Shown in pieces: positions 1 to 9,096 of a stretch of 64,000 bases of DNA. Positions within the stretch are counted from its first letter, which is position 1; the number at the start of each line of letters is the position of its first letter. The position numbers were made by a program, and so were the translations under genes. This DNA comes from an uncultured Actinomycetota bacterium (GTDB lineage Bacteria; Actinomycetota; Acidimicrobiia; Acidimicrobiales; Bog-793), in the NCBI GenBank assembly GCA_963764805.1, contig CAVXUB010000002.1, positions 769,028 to 833,027 of the forward strand, in the 5' to 3' direction. The notes below the pieces were generated by a model, which did no database searches, had not been told where the DNA came from, and was given only the letters and a program-made list of their open reading frames with translations.

Positions 1-438
1 GGCGAGCGTCTAGGCCGGGCCCGTGTCGGCACCCTGTCGGGGGGCGAGTTGCAGCGCATCCTGATCGCCCAGGCGCTGATCGGCAGGCCGAACCTGCTGC
101 TGCTGGACGAGCCCCTCGCCAACCTCGACCTCAAGGCGGCGCAGGAGGTGGTGGCCCTGCTCGACCGCATCTCGCACCAGCACGGGATCGGCGTGCTCCT
201 GTCGGCGCACGAGATGAACCCGCTGCTGCCGGTGATGGACCGGATCGTCTACCTCGCCGGCGGCCGGGCTGCCAGCGGCACGACCGAGGAGGTGGTCCGC
301 TCGGAGGTGCTGAGCGCCCTCTACGGCTACGAGGTTCACGTCCATGTCCTGCACGGGCGGATCCTCGTGGTCGCCGGCCCGCAGGAGATGCAGGGCGGAG
401 AGAGCCTGCCGGCAGATCCTCGCCTGCAAGTGCTGTGA
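1..438 (+). CDS. Metal (Mn/Zn/Fe-chelate type) ABC transporter ATP-binding protein, C-terminal part; 5-prime end lies outside the window
   Basis: Frame 1 is open from base 1. Translation shows the ABC signature LSGGELQRILIAQAL and Walker B LLLLDEP. Two cognate permease genes follow. Confidence 0.85.
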   Translation, partial: GERLGRARVGTLSGGELQRILIAQALIGRPNLLLLDEPLANLDLKAAQEVVALLDRISHQHGIGVLLSAHEMNPLLPVMDRIVYLAGGRAASGTTEEVVRSEVLSALYGYEVHVHVLHGRILVVAGPQEMQGGESLPADPRLQVL

Positions 439-454
439 GCGCCGGCGCCGTGCC

Positions 455-1377
455 ATGCACCTGATCTTCGAGCCGGGCTTCTTCTCCAGTCCCGAGGTTC
501 GCACGGCGATCGCCACCGGCGTCATCGTGGCGATCGTCTCGGCGGTCGTCGGGGTCCCCACCGTCATCCGCGGGCAGTCGTTCGCCGGACACTCGCTGAC
601 GGACGTGGCGGCCGCCGGCGGCTCAGGAGCGTTCCTGGCCGGGCTCAGCCCGGTCCTCGGGTTCGCGCTCGGCGCCGTCGTCGGTGCGGGCGCGATGGAG
701 GCCGTCACCGCCCGGCAGGGGCGTGCCAAGGCCCGAGATCTCGCCACGGGGATCGTCCTCAGCTCCGCCAGCGGACTTGCCGCGCTGTTCCTCTACCTCG
801 TCGCCACAAGCCAGAACGCCCCGAACACCAGCCAACTGGTGCTCTTCGGCTCGATCTTCGCCACGACCACCTCGACGCTCGGCCTGGTCGCAGTCCTGGG
901 CATAGTGTCGCTCGTGACGACGGCGGCGGTGCTGCGCCCGCTGCTGTTGAGCTCGCTGTCGCCCGAGGTGGCGATCGCCCGCGGCGTACCGGTGCGGGCG
1001 GTGGCGTTGGTCTCGATGATCGGCCTGGCGCTGGCCGTCGGTCTCTCGTCGGTGGCGGTGGGAGCGATCCTCTCCACGGCGCTCCTCATCGGGCCGGCGG
1101 CGACGGCCCTCCGGCTCACCCGCAGCACAGGGATGGCGATGCTCGTCGCCGCCGTCGTCGGCACGGTCGCAGTGGTCGTCGGGCTGCTGCTCGCCTACGA
1201 CAGCTATTACTGGTCCGCCAGCCACTCGGCATGGCCGGCGAGCTTCTTCGTGGTCGCCCTCGTCTTCGTCTCCTACCTCGGCAGCGGCTTCCGCGGCGCG
1301 CCGCGAGCGGCTTCCGCGGCAGTTCTTCCAGCGCCAGCGGCTCCCGTGCGCCCCGGCGGTCGGCAGGTCCCGGCTGA
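455..1377 (+). CDS. Metal ABC transporter permease 1 (TroC/ZnuB/MntB family), with an inferred indel near the 3-prime end
   Basis: ATG 455 lies 17 nt after the upstream stop. About 280 aa of multi-TM permease sequence follow. The same frame then runs on to 1819 as Arg/Pro-rich out-of-frame text. A frame-1 TGA at 1375-1377 overlaps the next ATG (TGATG), so a frame change in about 1290-1375 is inferred. Confidence 0.65.
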
Positions 1378-2241
1378 TGTTCGCCGGCTTCATGGCCAAC
1401 GCCTGGATCGTTGCGAGCACCGTGGCGGTCGTCTGCGGAGTGGCCGGGTTCTTCGTCGTCCTCCGAGGGTCCGCCTTCCCGGCCCACGCCATCCCCAACG
1501 GCGCCTTCGCAGGAGCCGCCGCCGCCTCACTCGTCGGCTCGAGCACGCTCCTCAGGCCTCGGCGTCGCCTCGGTGCTGGCGGCGCTCGGTATCGGGACGC
1601 TCGGACGGCGTGGTCGTCATGACGTGGCCACCGCCCTCGCTCTGGTGCTGCTGCTCGCCCTCGGATACCTGTTCCTCAGCCAGTCGACCGAGTACTCCCA
1701 GCAGATCTTCTCCCTGCTGTTCGGTGAGGTGCTTGGAGTGTCGGGCAATCGGATCGTCCCGGTGGCGGTGCTCGCAGCAATCTCGCTGGCAGCCGTCGTC
1801 GCCCTCTACCGCCCGCTGATGACAGTTTCGCTGCTACCCGAGGTCGGCGAGGCGAGGGGCGTGCGGCCCGGGACGATGGACATCGCCTTCCTGCTGGTCC
1901 TCGCGCTCGCCACGACGATGACCGTCCCCGTCGTCGGCTCGCTGCTGGTGTTCAGCCTGATGATCGGGCCCCCGGCAGCCGCCCGTTCGTTCACCGACAA
2001 GCCGTACGTGGCCATCGCGGTCTCGGTGGCTCTCTCGCTCAGCACGGTCTGGCTGGCGATCGGGCTCTCGTTCGAGACGAACTGGCCGGTGGGGTTCTTC
2101 GTCGGGACCGCCAGCGCTGTCTTCTACACGGCGGGACGGCTGTACGCCGCGTGGCGGAGAAGCCGATCGGCGGGGGCGGCCGTGTCCTCGCCGTGCGGCG
2201 GCGACAGCGTCATCCCGCTCCCGGTGCCGGCCACCGATTGA
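1377..2241 (+). CDS. Metal ABC transporter permease 2 (TroD/ZnuB family), frame broken near 1548
   Basis: The N-terminus in frame 0 (MFAGFMANAWIVAS...HAIPNGAFAGAAAASLVGSSTLL) continues seamlessly in frame 1 (GLGVASVLAALGIG... to stop 2241). The span length is 3n+1, consistent with one extra base. Confidence 0.75.
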
Positions 2242-2367
2242 GCCAACAGCCGACCCCTCGACCAGATGCGGTCGTCTAGGCCCGATGGTTCCGCCGGGCG
2301 GGCGGCGGGTATCTAAGGCCTGCCTTGCAGATGTTGTTAGGCATGCCATAGATTGCCTGGCCAACCG

Positions 2368-3387
2368 ATGAAAAGCCGCCTGCCACTCCTCATCGCGCTC
2401 ACCTTGTCCTGTACCGCCCTCGGCTCGGCAGGGTGCTCGGGCGGCCCGGGTGTCACGATCGAGCTCTACAACGGGCAGCACCTGCAGACCACGCAGGCGC
2501 TCGTCGACGCCTTCGAGCGCCAGAGCGGGATCAAGGTCGCCATCGAGAGCGACGACGAGCACGTCCTCGCAGACCAGATCGTGACCGAGGGACCCAACTC
2601 CCCCGCCGACGTGATCTTCACCGAGAACTCGCCGACGCTCGAGTTCCTGCAGTCCAAGGGCTTGCTGGCGGCAGTGGATCGATCGACGCTTGCGAACGTC
2701 CCGGGGCGTTTCGATTCGCCGAACGGCGACTGGGTGGGGGTGAGCGCCCGCGTCAGCGTCATCGTCTACAACACCTCGCTGATCTCGCCGGGAAACCTCC
2801 CGACCTCGATCATGCAGCTCTCGCAGCCCGCCTGGCGGGGGAAGATCGCGATCGCCCCGGCAGAGACCGACTTCCAGCCGATCGTCACCTCTGTCGTGCA
2901 TTCGTTCGGGCAGGGTGCTGCCCTCAGGTGGCTGGACGGCCTCAAGGCGAACGCTGCCGGTCACATCTACCCGGACAACGAGACGGTCACGAGCGAGGTC
3001 AACTCCGGGGCAGTCGAGCTCGGGGTGGTCGACCAGTACTACTGGTACAGGTTGCAAGCCGAGGTCGGCAAGAGTGCCACCCATTCGGCGATCGCCTACT
3101 TCGCAGCCGGCGATCCGGGCTACGTCATCGACGTGTCGGGCGCAGCCGTCCTCCGGTCGAGCAAGCACAAGGCCGACGCCGAGAGGTTCCTTGCCTTCCT
3201 GACCAGCCGGCAGGGCCAGCAGATCATCGCCGGCGGCTCCAGCTACGAGTACCCCCTTGCGGCAGGAGTCGCAGTCGCCAAGCCGGAGACGCCCTTCGAC
3301 CAGTTGCACCCGGACCCGATCGATGTGGCGGAGCTGGGCGACGGTTCGGTCGCAGTGGCGCTGCTCCGCCAGGTCCAGCTGCTGTGA
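2368..3387 (+). CDS. Fe(3+)-type ABC transporter substrate-binding lipoprotein (FbpA/AfuA-like)
   Basis: MKSRLPLLIALTLSCTALGSAGC is a signal peptide with a lipobox. The body looks like a periplasmic iron-binding protein. An upstream TTG at 2353 is also possible. Its stop overlaps the next gene's start (GTGA). Confidence 0.85.
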   Translation: MKSRLPLLIALTLSCTALGSAGCSGGPGVTIELYNGQHLQTTQALVDAFERQSGIKVAIESDDEHVLADQIVTEGPNSPADVIFTENSPTLEFLQSKGLLAAVDRSTLANVPGRFDSPNGDWVGVSARVSVIVYNTSLISPGNLPTSIMQLSQPAWRGKIAIAPAETDFQPIVTSVVHSFGQGAALRWLDGLKANAAGHIYPDNETVTSEVNSGAVELGVVDQYYWYRLQAEVGKSATHSAIAYFAAGDPGYVIDVSGAAVLRSSKHKADAERFLAFLTSRQGQQIIAGGSSYEYPLAAGVAVAKPETPFDQLHPDPIDVAELGDGSVAVALLRQVQLL

Positions 3388-4997
3388 CTGCGCTCGGTGA
3401 GGCGCCGGCAAAGGTGATCTCGACGAGCCAACGCCGGCACACGCGCCGGCCCCCGGCGCCGTACATCCTCGTCGGCGCCAGCATCCTCGTGGCGCTCGTA
3501 CTCCTGCTGCCGCTGGCCTTCCTGATCGACCAGGCGCGCCAGGTCGGTTGGTCGGAGCTGGCGCCGGTGCTGTTCCGCCGACTGACGCTCACGCTGATCT
3601 GGAACACAGCACGGCTGGCCGTGGCGGTGACAGTGCTCTGCGGGATCATCGGGACGCTGTCGGCATGGTGCGTGGAGCGAACGCACCTCCCGGGTCGGCG
3701 CCTGTGGGCCGTGCTGCTCGTGGTGCCGGTGGCGATGCCCGACTTCGTCACCGCCTTCGGCTGGGTGTCACTGACCCAACGGGTACAGGGCTTCGGCGGC
3801 GCCGTGCTCGTGATGACTCTTGCGCTGTACCCGCTCGTCTACCTGCCCGTCGCCGCCAGCTTTCGAAACGCCGACCCCGTCCAGGAGGAGGTAGCTCGCA
3901 GCCTCGGCCTCGGGCGTCTCCGCACGTTCTGGCGCGTGAGCCTCGGGCAGGCTCGCATCGCCATCGTCGGAGGTTGCCTGCTCGTCACGCTGATGCTGCT
4001 CGCCGAGTACGGAGCATTCGAGATACTCGGCTACCAGACCTTCACGACCGAGATCTTCACCGAGTTCCTGACGGGCTTCGACCAGGCGGCGGCATGCGCC
4101 CTCTCGATCGTGCTGGTGATCGGGAGCCTCTTCGTCCTCACCGGCGACGTGTTCTTGCGGGGAGGAAGGATGGGGCGCGGGGGCATCTCTCGCACCGGAC
4201 CACTGGCACGGCGCGTCGCCCGCCGACACGACCTGGGTCGGGCACGCATCCCCGTGATCATCGCCCTAGCCGTCCTCGTCGCCGGTGCGCTCGGAGTACC
4301 GCTCGGCGAGATCGTGCGCCTGATGATCGCCGGAGGGCAGTCGACCCTGCCGAGTGCTTCGATCGCAGCTGCGGCCGGCTGGACCGTTCTCTACAGCGGC
4401 ACCGCGGCGGCGATCTCGACGGCGATGGCGCTGCCGGTGGCGCTCCTGACGATGCGCCACCCCACGCCCGCCCGGCTGATGCTCGAACGCAGCACCTACA
4501 TCGTGCTCGCCATCCCGGGACTCGTGATCGCGCTGGCGCTGACCTTCTTCTCGGAACGCGACCTCGGCGGATTCGCCTACCAGTCGAGCTACCTGCTCGT
4601 CGCCGCCTACGCCATCATGTTCTTCCCGCTCGCCCTGGTCGGGGTGCGGGCCTCGGTGGCGCAGTCACCCCTCTCGCTCGAGGAGGTGGCCCGATCCCTT
4701 GGCCAACGCAAGGCAGCCGTGCTCCGGCGCGTCGTGGTCCCTCTCGTCGGTCCCGGTTTGGCGGCGGCCTTCAGCCTGGTGTTCCTCTCGGCCGTGACCG
4801 AACTGACCGCCACCCTGATCCTTCGCCCGCCAGGCGTCGAGACCCTGGCGACCCAGTTCTGGGTCTTCCAGACGAACCTTTCCTACGGCCAGGCTGCTCC
4901 CTACGCTGCGATCATCGTCGGCATCGCCGCCGTGCCGAGCTACGTGCTCACGCGCTGGTTCGACAGGTTGCCGCGGCTCGCGGAGGCAACCCGATGA
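3384..4997 (+). CDS. Iron ABC transporter permease, duplicated two-module type (FbpB-like)
   Basis: GTG 3384 overlaps the upstream TGA. There are two tandem permease modules, each with an EAA-like loop (EEVARSLGLGRLRTFWRV and EEVARSLGQRKAAVLRRV). Confidence 0.85.
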   Translation: MTALGEAPAKVISTSQRRHTRRPPAPYILVGASILVALVLLLPLAFLIDQARQVGWSELAPVLFRRLTLTLIWNTARLAVAVTVLCGIIGTLSAWCVERTHLPGRRLWAVLLVVPVAMPDFVTAFGWVSLTQRVQGFGGAVLVMTLALYPLVYLPVAASFRNADPVQEEVARSLGLGRLRTFWRVSLGQARIAIVGGCLLVTLMLLAEYGAFEILGYQTFTTEIFTEFLTGFDQAAACALSIVLVIGSLFVLTGDVFLRGGRMGRGGISRTGPLARRVARRHDLGRARIPVIIALAVLVAGALGVPLGEIVRLMIAGGQSTLPSASIAAAAGWTVLYSGTAAAISTAMALPVALLTMRHPTPARLMLERSTYIVLAIPGLVIALALTFFSERDLGGFAYQSSYLLVAAYAIMFFPLALVGVRASVAQSPLSLEEVARSLGQRKAAVLRRVVVPLVGPGLAAAFSLVFLSAVTELTATLILRPPGVETLATQFWVFQTNLSYGQAAPYAAIIVGIAAVPSYVLTRWFDRLPRLAEATR

Positions 4998-6163
4998 CGA
5001 GCCTCGAGATCAGGGGTCTGCGCAAGTCGTTCGGTTCCCAGGTGGTCCTCGACGGGCTCGACCTGAGCGTCCGGCCCGGCTCGTTCACCGCCCTGCTAGG
5101 GCCCTCCGGCAGCGGCAAGACGACCCTGCTGCGAGTGGTGGCCGGCTTCGAGCGCGCCGACTCGGGGCTTGTTCGCCTCGGTGCGGCGCTGGTCGACGGC
5201 GATGGTGCCTTCGTGCCGCCAGAGAAGCGACGGATCGGATACGTACCGCAGGAGGGGAGCCTCTTCCCTCACCTCACCGTCGAGCGAAACATCTCCTTCG
5301 GCCTCCCCCGCCCCCGCCGCCCGGCCTCCGGCTCTCCCGGCGGCGCTTCGGCCACTGCTACACGAGTGGCCGAGCTGCTCGAGATGGTGGGCCTTGATGA
5401 GCTCGGCCGGCGCTACCCGCACCAGCTGTCCGGCGGGCAGCAGCAGCGCGTGGCGCTCGCCCGGGCGCTGGCGACAAACCCCGAGGTGGTGCTCCTCGAC
5501 GAGCCGTTCTCCTCGCTGGATGCCTCTCTTCGCGCCTCGGTGCGATCCGACGTGCGGTCGGTGCTCCGCGAGGCGGGGACGACCGCGCTGCTCGTGACTC
5601 ACGACCAGGACGAGGCGCTGTCGCTTGCGGACGAGGTGGCGATCATCCACGAGGGCCGGATCGACCAGCACGCCACGCCGCAGGAGCTCTACCGGCGTCC
5701 GGTCGCCCCGGCGCTGGCGAGCGCTCTCGGCGAGTCCAACCTGCTGGCGGGCGCCGTCGAGGCAGGCGCCGCTCGCGTCACGACCGCCGTCGGAGACGCG
5801 GCACTCGATGCCGGCTCGACAGCTCGCTTCGGCTCCGGCAGCTGCCACTCCGCCGTCGTCCTCGTCAGGCCGGAACAGCTGGATGTCCGGCCGCTCGAGG
5901 CGCCAGGCGTGGCCGGACGGGTCGTGGCCTACGAGTTCTACGGCCACGACGCCGTGATCCGGATCCTGGTCGACGACGTCGGCACGGTGGTGGCACGTCT
6001 CGAGGGGGACGACGAGCCCCTCGCCCCCGGGCGCCTCGTGCGGCTCGGCGTCAGGGGCCCGGTCGTCGCTTGGCCGGCGGCCGAGGTGGCAACGGAAGCG
6101 GCCGAGGCGGCAACGGAAGCGGCCGAGGCGGCAACGGAAGCGGCCGAGGCGGCAAAGGAATAA
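4994..6163 (+). CDS. Iron ABC transporter ATP-binding protein (FbpC-like) with a C-terminal ATEAAEA heptad repeat
   Basis: ATGA overlap with the permease stop. Walker A GPSGSGKTT, signature LSGGQQQR, Walker B VVLLDEP and a TOBE-like C-terminal region are present. Confidence 0.9.
   Translation: MTSLEIRGLRKSFGSQVVLDGLDLSVRPGSFTALLGPSGSGKTTLLRVVAGFERADSGLVRLGAALVDGDGAFVPPEKRRIGYVPQEGSLFPHLTVERNISFGLPRPRRPASGSPGGASATATRVAELLEMVGLDELGRRYPHQLSGGQQQRVALARALATNPEVVLLDEPFSSLDASLRASVRSDVRSVLREAGTTALLVTHDQDEALSLADEVAIIHEGRIDQHATPQELYRRPVAPALASALGESNLLAGAVEAGAARVTTAVGDAALDAGSTARFGSGSCHSAVVLVRPEQLDVRPLEAPGVAGRVVAYEFYGHDAVIRILVDDVGTVVARLEGDDEPLAPGRLVRLGVRGPVVAWPAAEVATEAAEAATEAAEAATEAAEAAKE
6080..6157. repeat. 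In-frame 21-bp tandem repeat (3.7 copies of gccgaggYggcaacggaagcg) at the 3-prime end of the ATPase gene
   Basis: Read directly from the sequence: units at 6080, 6101 and 6122, with a partial unit at 6143. They encode (A)EAATEA x3. Confidence 0.9.
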
Positions 6164-6178
6164 GAGGGAGGGCTGAGC

Positions 6179-6898
6179 ATGGCCGGCACCTATCACCCAC
6201 CGCTCGAGGAGTACCTGGAGATCATCTACGCGCTGGAGGAAGAAGGCGTCCCGGTGATCCAGGCGCGCCTCGCCGAGCGGTTGGGGCACTCCGCTCCGTC
6301 GGTCTCCGAGACCGTGAGGCGCCTGCGTGACGAGGGCTGGGTGGACATCGACAGGCGATCGGTCACGTTCACCAACCGGGGACGCGCCAGAGCAGAGAGC
6401 GTGGTGCGCCGCCACCGCCTGGCCGAGCGGTTGCTGACGGACGTGATCGGGCTCCCCTGGGAGGACGCGCACCGCGAGGCCGGCAGGTGGGAGCACGTGA
6501 TATCGGACGCCGTCGAGGAGCGGCTGGTCGACCTGCTCGGGCATCCGACCACCTGTCCGCACGGGAACCCCATCCCGATGGCGCACGCCGGCGGCGAAGG
6601 CAGCGGCGAAAGCGGCGGCGAAGGCAGCGGGGGCGTGGCGGCCCGGATCGCGGCGCAGGTCGCAGTCGGCGAGGTGGCTCCCGGCGAGACCGTCCGCATC
6701 GAGCGGGTGACGGAGGCGGTCGAGGCGGACGGCGAGGCGATGCAGTACCTGGCATGCCATGGGGCCGTGCCGGGGAAAGCGGCAGTGGTCGCCTCGCGAG
6801 CTCCCGACGGAACGGTGATTCTCGACGTGGCGGGAACCGCGGTCGCTCTCGGCGCCCGACTTGCCACACAGGTCTTCGTCACGCGAAGCCCGTCGTAG
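6179..6898 (+). CDS. DtxR/IdeR/MntR-family metal-dependent transcriptional regulator with a C-terminal SH3/FeoA-like domain
   Basis: The N-terminal wHTH (YLEIIYALEEEGVPVIQARLAERLGHSAPSVSETVRRL), the metal-site region (RRHRLAERLL...WEDAHREAGRWEH) and a C-terminal domain are recognisable. A GGEGSGESGGEGSGG linker is encoded by a small DNA repeat. Confidence 0.9.
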   Translation: MAGTYHPPLEEYLEIIYALEEEGVPVIQARLAERLGHSAPSVSETVRRLRDEGWVDIDRRSVTFTNRGRARAESVVRRHRLAERLLTDVIGLPWEDAHREAGRWEHVISDAVEERLVDLLGHPTTCPHGNPIPMAHAGGEGSGESGGEGSGGVAARIAAQVAVGEVAPGETVRIERVTEAVEADGEAMQYLACHGAVPGKAAVVASRAPDGTVILDVAGTAVALGARLATQVFVTRSPS

Positions 6899-6935
6899 CA
6901 GGGCGCGTCCTAGCAAGGCGCGTCCTAGCAGGGGC
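6896..6935. repeat. 15-bp tandem repeat TAGCA(G/A)GGCGCGTCC (2.6 copies) starting exactly at the regulator's stop codon
   Basis: Read directly: tagcagggcgcgtcc, tagcaaggcgcgtcc, tagcaggggc. Confidence 0.8.
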
Positions 6936-6994
6936 CGGACGGCCATGTCGGAAATCCGCCAGCCTTCTGGTCGCCCACCTGTCAAGCTTGCGAG

Positions 6995-8530
6995 GTGCAC
7001 GAGGACTTCGAACGTTGCTACCGGGCTGTGCAGTCGAAGGACGCCCGCTTCGACGGCTGGTTCGTCACCGCGGTCCTGACCACGAGGATCTACTGCCGGC
7101 CGAGCTGCCCGGCGCGTCCCCCTTACGCCCGCAACGTCACGTTCTACCCGACCGCCGCCGCCGCTCAGGCAGCCGGGTTCCGGGCCTGCAAGCGCTGCCG
7201 CCCGGACGCCTCGCCGGGTTCCCCCGAGTGGAACGTGAGGGGCGATCTTCTCGGTCGCGCCATGCGTCTGATAGCCGACGGCGTGGTGGACCGCGAAGGA
7301 GTAGGCGGACTCGCTTCACGCCTTGCCTACAGCACCCGCCAGCTGGAGCGTCACCTGCTCGCAGAAGTCGGCGCCGGACCCTTGGCCCTCGCCAGGGCGC
7401 AGCGGGCGCAGACTGCCCGGATCCTCATCGAGACGACCGAGATGCCGTTCGGTGCGGTGGCCTTCGCCGCCGGCTTCACCAGCATCCGTCAGTTCAACGA
7501 CACGGTGAAGCTCGTGTTCGACACCAATCCCTCGGACCTGCGCAAGAAGGCCGTGTCCCGGGCAAGAGGACAGAGCGCTTTCCGACCCGAGTTGAGGGGC
7601 GTGGCGGACGCGCCGGCGCACGGGTCGCTGAGCCTGCGCCTCCCCTACCGCGCCCCGTTCTTCCCGGACTCGCTGTTCGGTCACCTCGCCGCCTGCGCGA
7701 TCCCCGGCTGCGAGGAAGTCCGGCAAGGCGCCTTTCGACGGACCCTGCGCCTGCCGAGTGGCAGCGGCATCGTCTCGCTCACCCCGACGCCGGAGTACGT
7801 CGCCTGCCAGATGGTCCTGGAGAACGTGCGCGACCTGCCGACGGCGATCGCCCGCTGCCGCCGGCTGCTCGATCTCGATGCCGATCCCGAGGCGGTGGAC
7901 GAAGCGCTCGGCGGGGATCCCATCCTCGCTCCGTTGGTCGCCAAGACCCCGGGGCGCCGCATCCCCCGCACGGTCGACGAAACAGAGCTGGCGCTTCGCG
8001 TCGTCCTCGGGCAACAGGTATCGGTCGTTGCCGCCCGCACGGTCTCAGGTCGGCTCGTCGAGCAGTTCGGCGCGCCTGTCACCGACTCAGGCGGCGGGCT
8101 GACGCACCTGTTCCCGGCGATCGAGGACCTCGCTGCAGCCAACCCGCAGGATCTGCCGCTGCCGATGCCACTGGCACGGCGGCGGACAGTCGGCCTGCTC
8201 ATCGAGGCGCTGGCCGAGGGCAGCCTCGTGCTCGACGCGGGCGCGGACTGGGAACGGGCCCGCCGCCAGCTCGCGGCCCTGCCCGGCGTCGGACCATGGA
8301 CCACGGAGCTGATAGCGATGAGAGGTCTCGGCGATCCCGACGCCTTCCCGGCGACAGACCTCGGCGTGAGGAGGGGTGCAGCCGGTCTCGGCCTCCCCCG
8401 CAGTCCCTCGTCGCTCGTGGCGCATGCCGAGCGGTGGAGGCCGTGGCGGGCGTACGCGGTGCAGCACATCTGGGCGGCGCTGGACCACTCGATCAACAAC
8501 TGGCCACCGAAAGGATCATCTGACCAATGA
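6995..8530 (+). CDS. alkA: Ada regulatory domain (Zn-Cys4 methyl-acceptor plus AraC HTH) fused to DNA-3-methyladenine glycosylase II (AlkA)
   Basis: GTG start. The Ada N-terminal motif is ERCYRAVQSKDARFDGWF...CRPSCPAR...CKRCRP, followed by an AraC-type HTH. The C-terminal half looks like an AlkA HhH-GPD glycosylase (ALPGVGPWTTELIAMRGLGDPDAFP). The same fusion is known from Mycobacterium alkA. Confidence 0.85.
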   Translation: MHEDFERCYRAVQSKDARFDGWFVTAVLTTRIYCRPSCPARPPYARNVTFYPTAAAAQAAGFRACKRCRPDASPGSPEWNVRGDLLGRAMRLIADGVVDREGVGGLASRLAYSTRQLERHLLAEVGAGPLALARAQRAQTARILIETTEMPFGAVAFAAGFTSIRQFNDTVKLVFDTNPSDLRKKAVSRARGQSAFRPELRGVADAPAHGSLSLRLPYRAPFFPDSLFGHLAACAIPGCEEVRQGAFRRTLRLPSGSGIVSLTPTPEYVACQMVLENVRDLPTAIARCRRLLDLDADPEAVDEALGGDPILAPLVAKTPGRRIPRTVDETELALRVVLGQQVSVVAARTVSGRLVEQFGAPVTDSGGGLTHLFPAIEDLAAANPQDLPLPMPLARRRTVGLLIEALAEGSLVLDAGADWERARRQLAALPGVGPWTTELIAMRGLGDPDAFPATDLGVRRGAAGLGLPRSPSSLVAHAERWRPWRAYAVQHIWAALDHSINNWPPKGSSDQ

Positions 8531-8607
8531 CAACTGCCTCTACCGCCTCTACCACGATGCTTGCAACTGCGGTGCACTGCGCCTGCAACTGCGCCTGAAG
8601 GACAACC

Positions 8608-9096
8608 ACGAGGATCATCTTCCGGGTCGTCTCCAGCCCCGTCGGGCCGCTCACGCTCGCCGGTGGCGAGGACGAGGTGCTCACCAACCTCCGGATGGAG
8701 GACCAGACCCATCCTCCCGCCGGGCGGGATCTCTGGGCCGAGGACCGGTCGTCGTTCCAGAAGGTCGGCGATCAGCTCGAGGCCTACTTCGCCGGCGAGC
8801 TGACCGAGTTCGACGTCCCCCTTCGGCTGGAGGGATCGACCTTCCAGCGCCAGGTATGGGAAGGGCTTCGAGCGATTCCTTACGGCACGACATGCTCCTA
8901 CGGCCAGCTGGCGGATCGGATCGGCAAGCCCGGCGCGGCTCGCGCCGTCGGCCTGGCCAACGGCCGCAACCCGATCGGGATCATCGTCCCCTGCCACCGC
9001 GTGATCGGTGCCGGCGGCGGTCTGACCGGATACGGAGGCGGACTGGATCGCAAGAAGCTGCTGCTCGACTTGGAACGGGCGACGCTCAGAGGCTGA
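8608..9096 (+). CDS. ogt: Methylated-DNA--protein-cysteine methyltransferase (Ogt/MGMT); start codon unresolved
   Basis: Active site IVPCHRVI, and a conserved N-terminus IFRVVSSPVGPLTLAG. The frame opens only at 8599, and the first canonical starts (GTG about 8665, ATG 8695) lie inside the conserved region. Confidence 0.85.
   Translation, partial: TRIIFRVVSSPVGPLTLAGGEDEVLTNLRMEDQTHPPAGRDLWAEDRSSFQKVGDQLEAYFAGELTEFDVPLRLEGSTFQRQVWEGLRAIPYGTTCSYGQLADRIGKPGAARAVGLANGRNPIGIIVPCHRVIGAGGGLTGYGGGLDRKKLLLDLERATLRG

Noticed and set aside
2242-2367. A DtxR/IdeR operator upstream of the ferric SBP gene (TTAGGCATGCCATAGA, and the imperfect palindrome ATCTAAGGCCTGCCTTGCAGAT).
   Set aside because: Only about half of the positions match the remembered IdeR consensus TTAGGTTAGGCTAACCTAA, and the palindrome needs a 2-nt gap. 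This is too weak to call without a PWM scan.
1834-3411. Long antisense or alternative-frame ORFs throughout the track (for example 1834-3411 minus, 5096-7000 minus, 7681-9204 minus, 9320-11218 minus, 14460-16058 plus, 17385-18716 minus, 45436-46476 plus, 6487-8523 plus).
   Set aside because: Their translations are Arg/Pro/Gly-rich low-complexity text typical of stop-free shadow frames in GC-rich DNA. Each overlaps a gene with clear family motifs on the other strand or frame.
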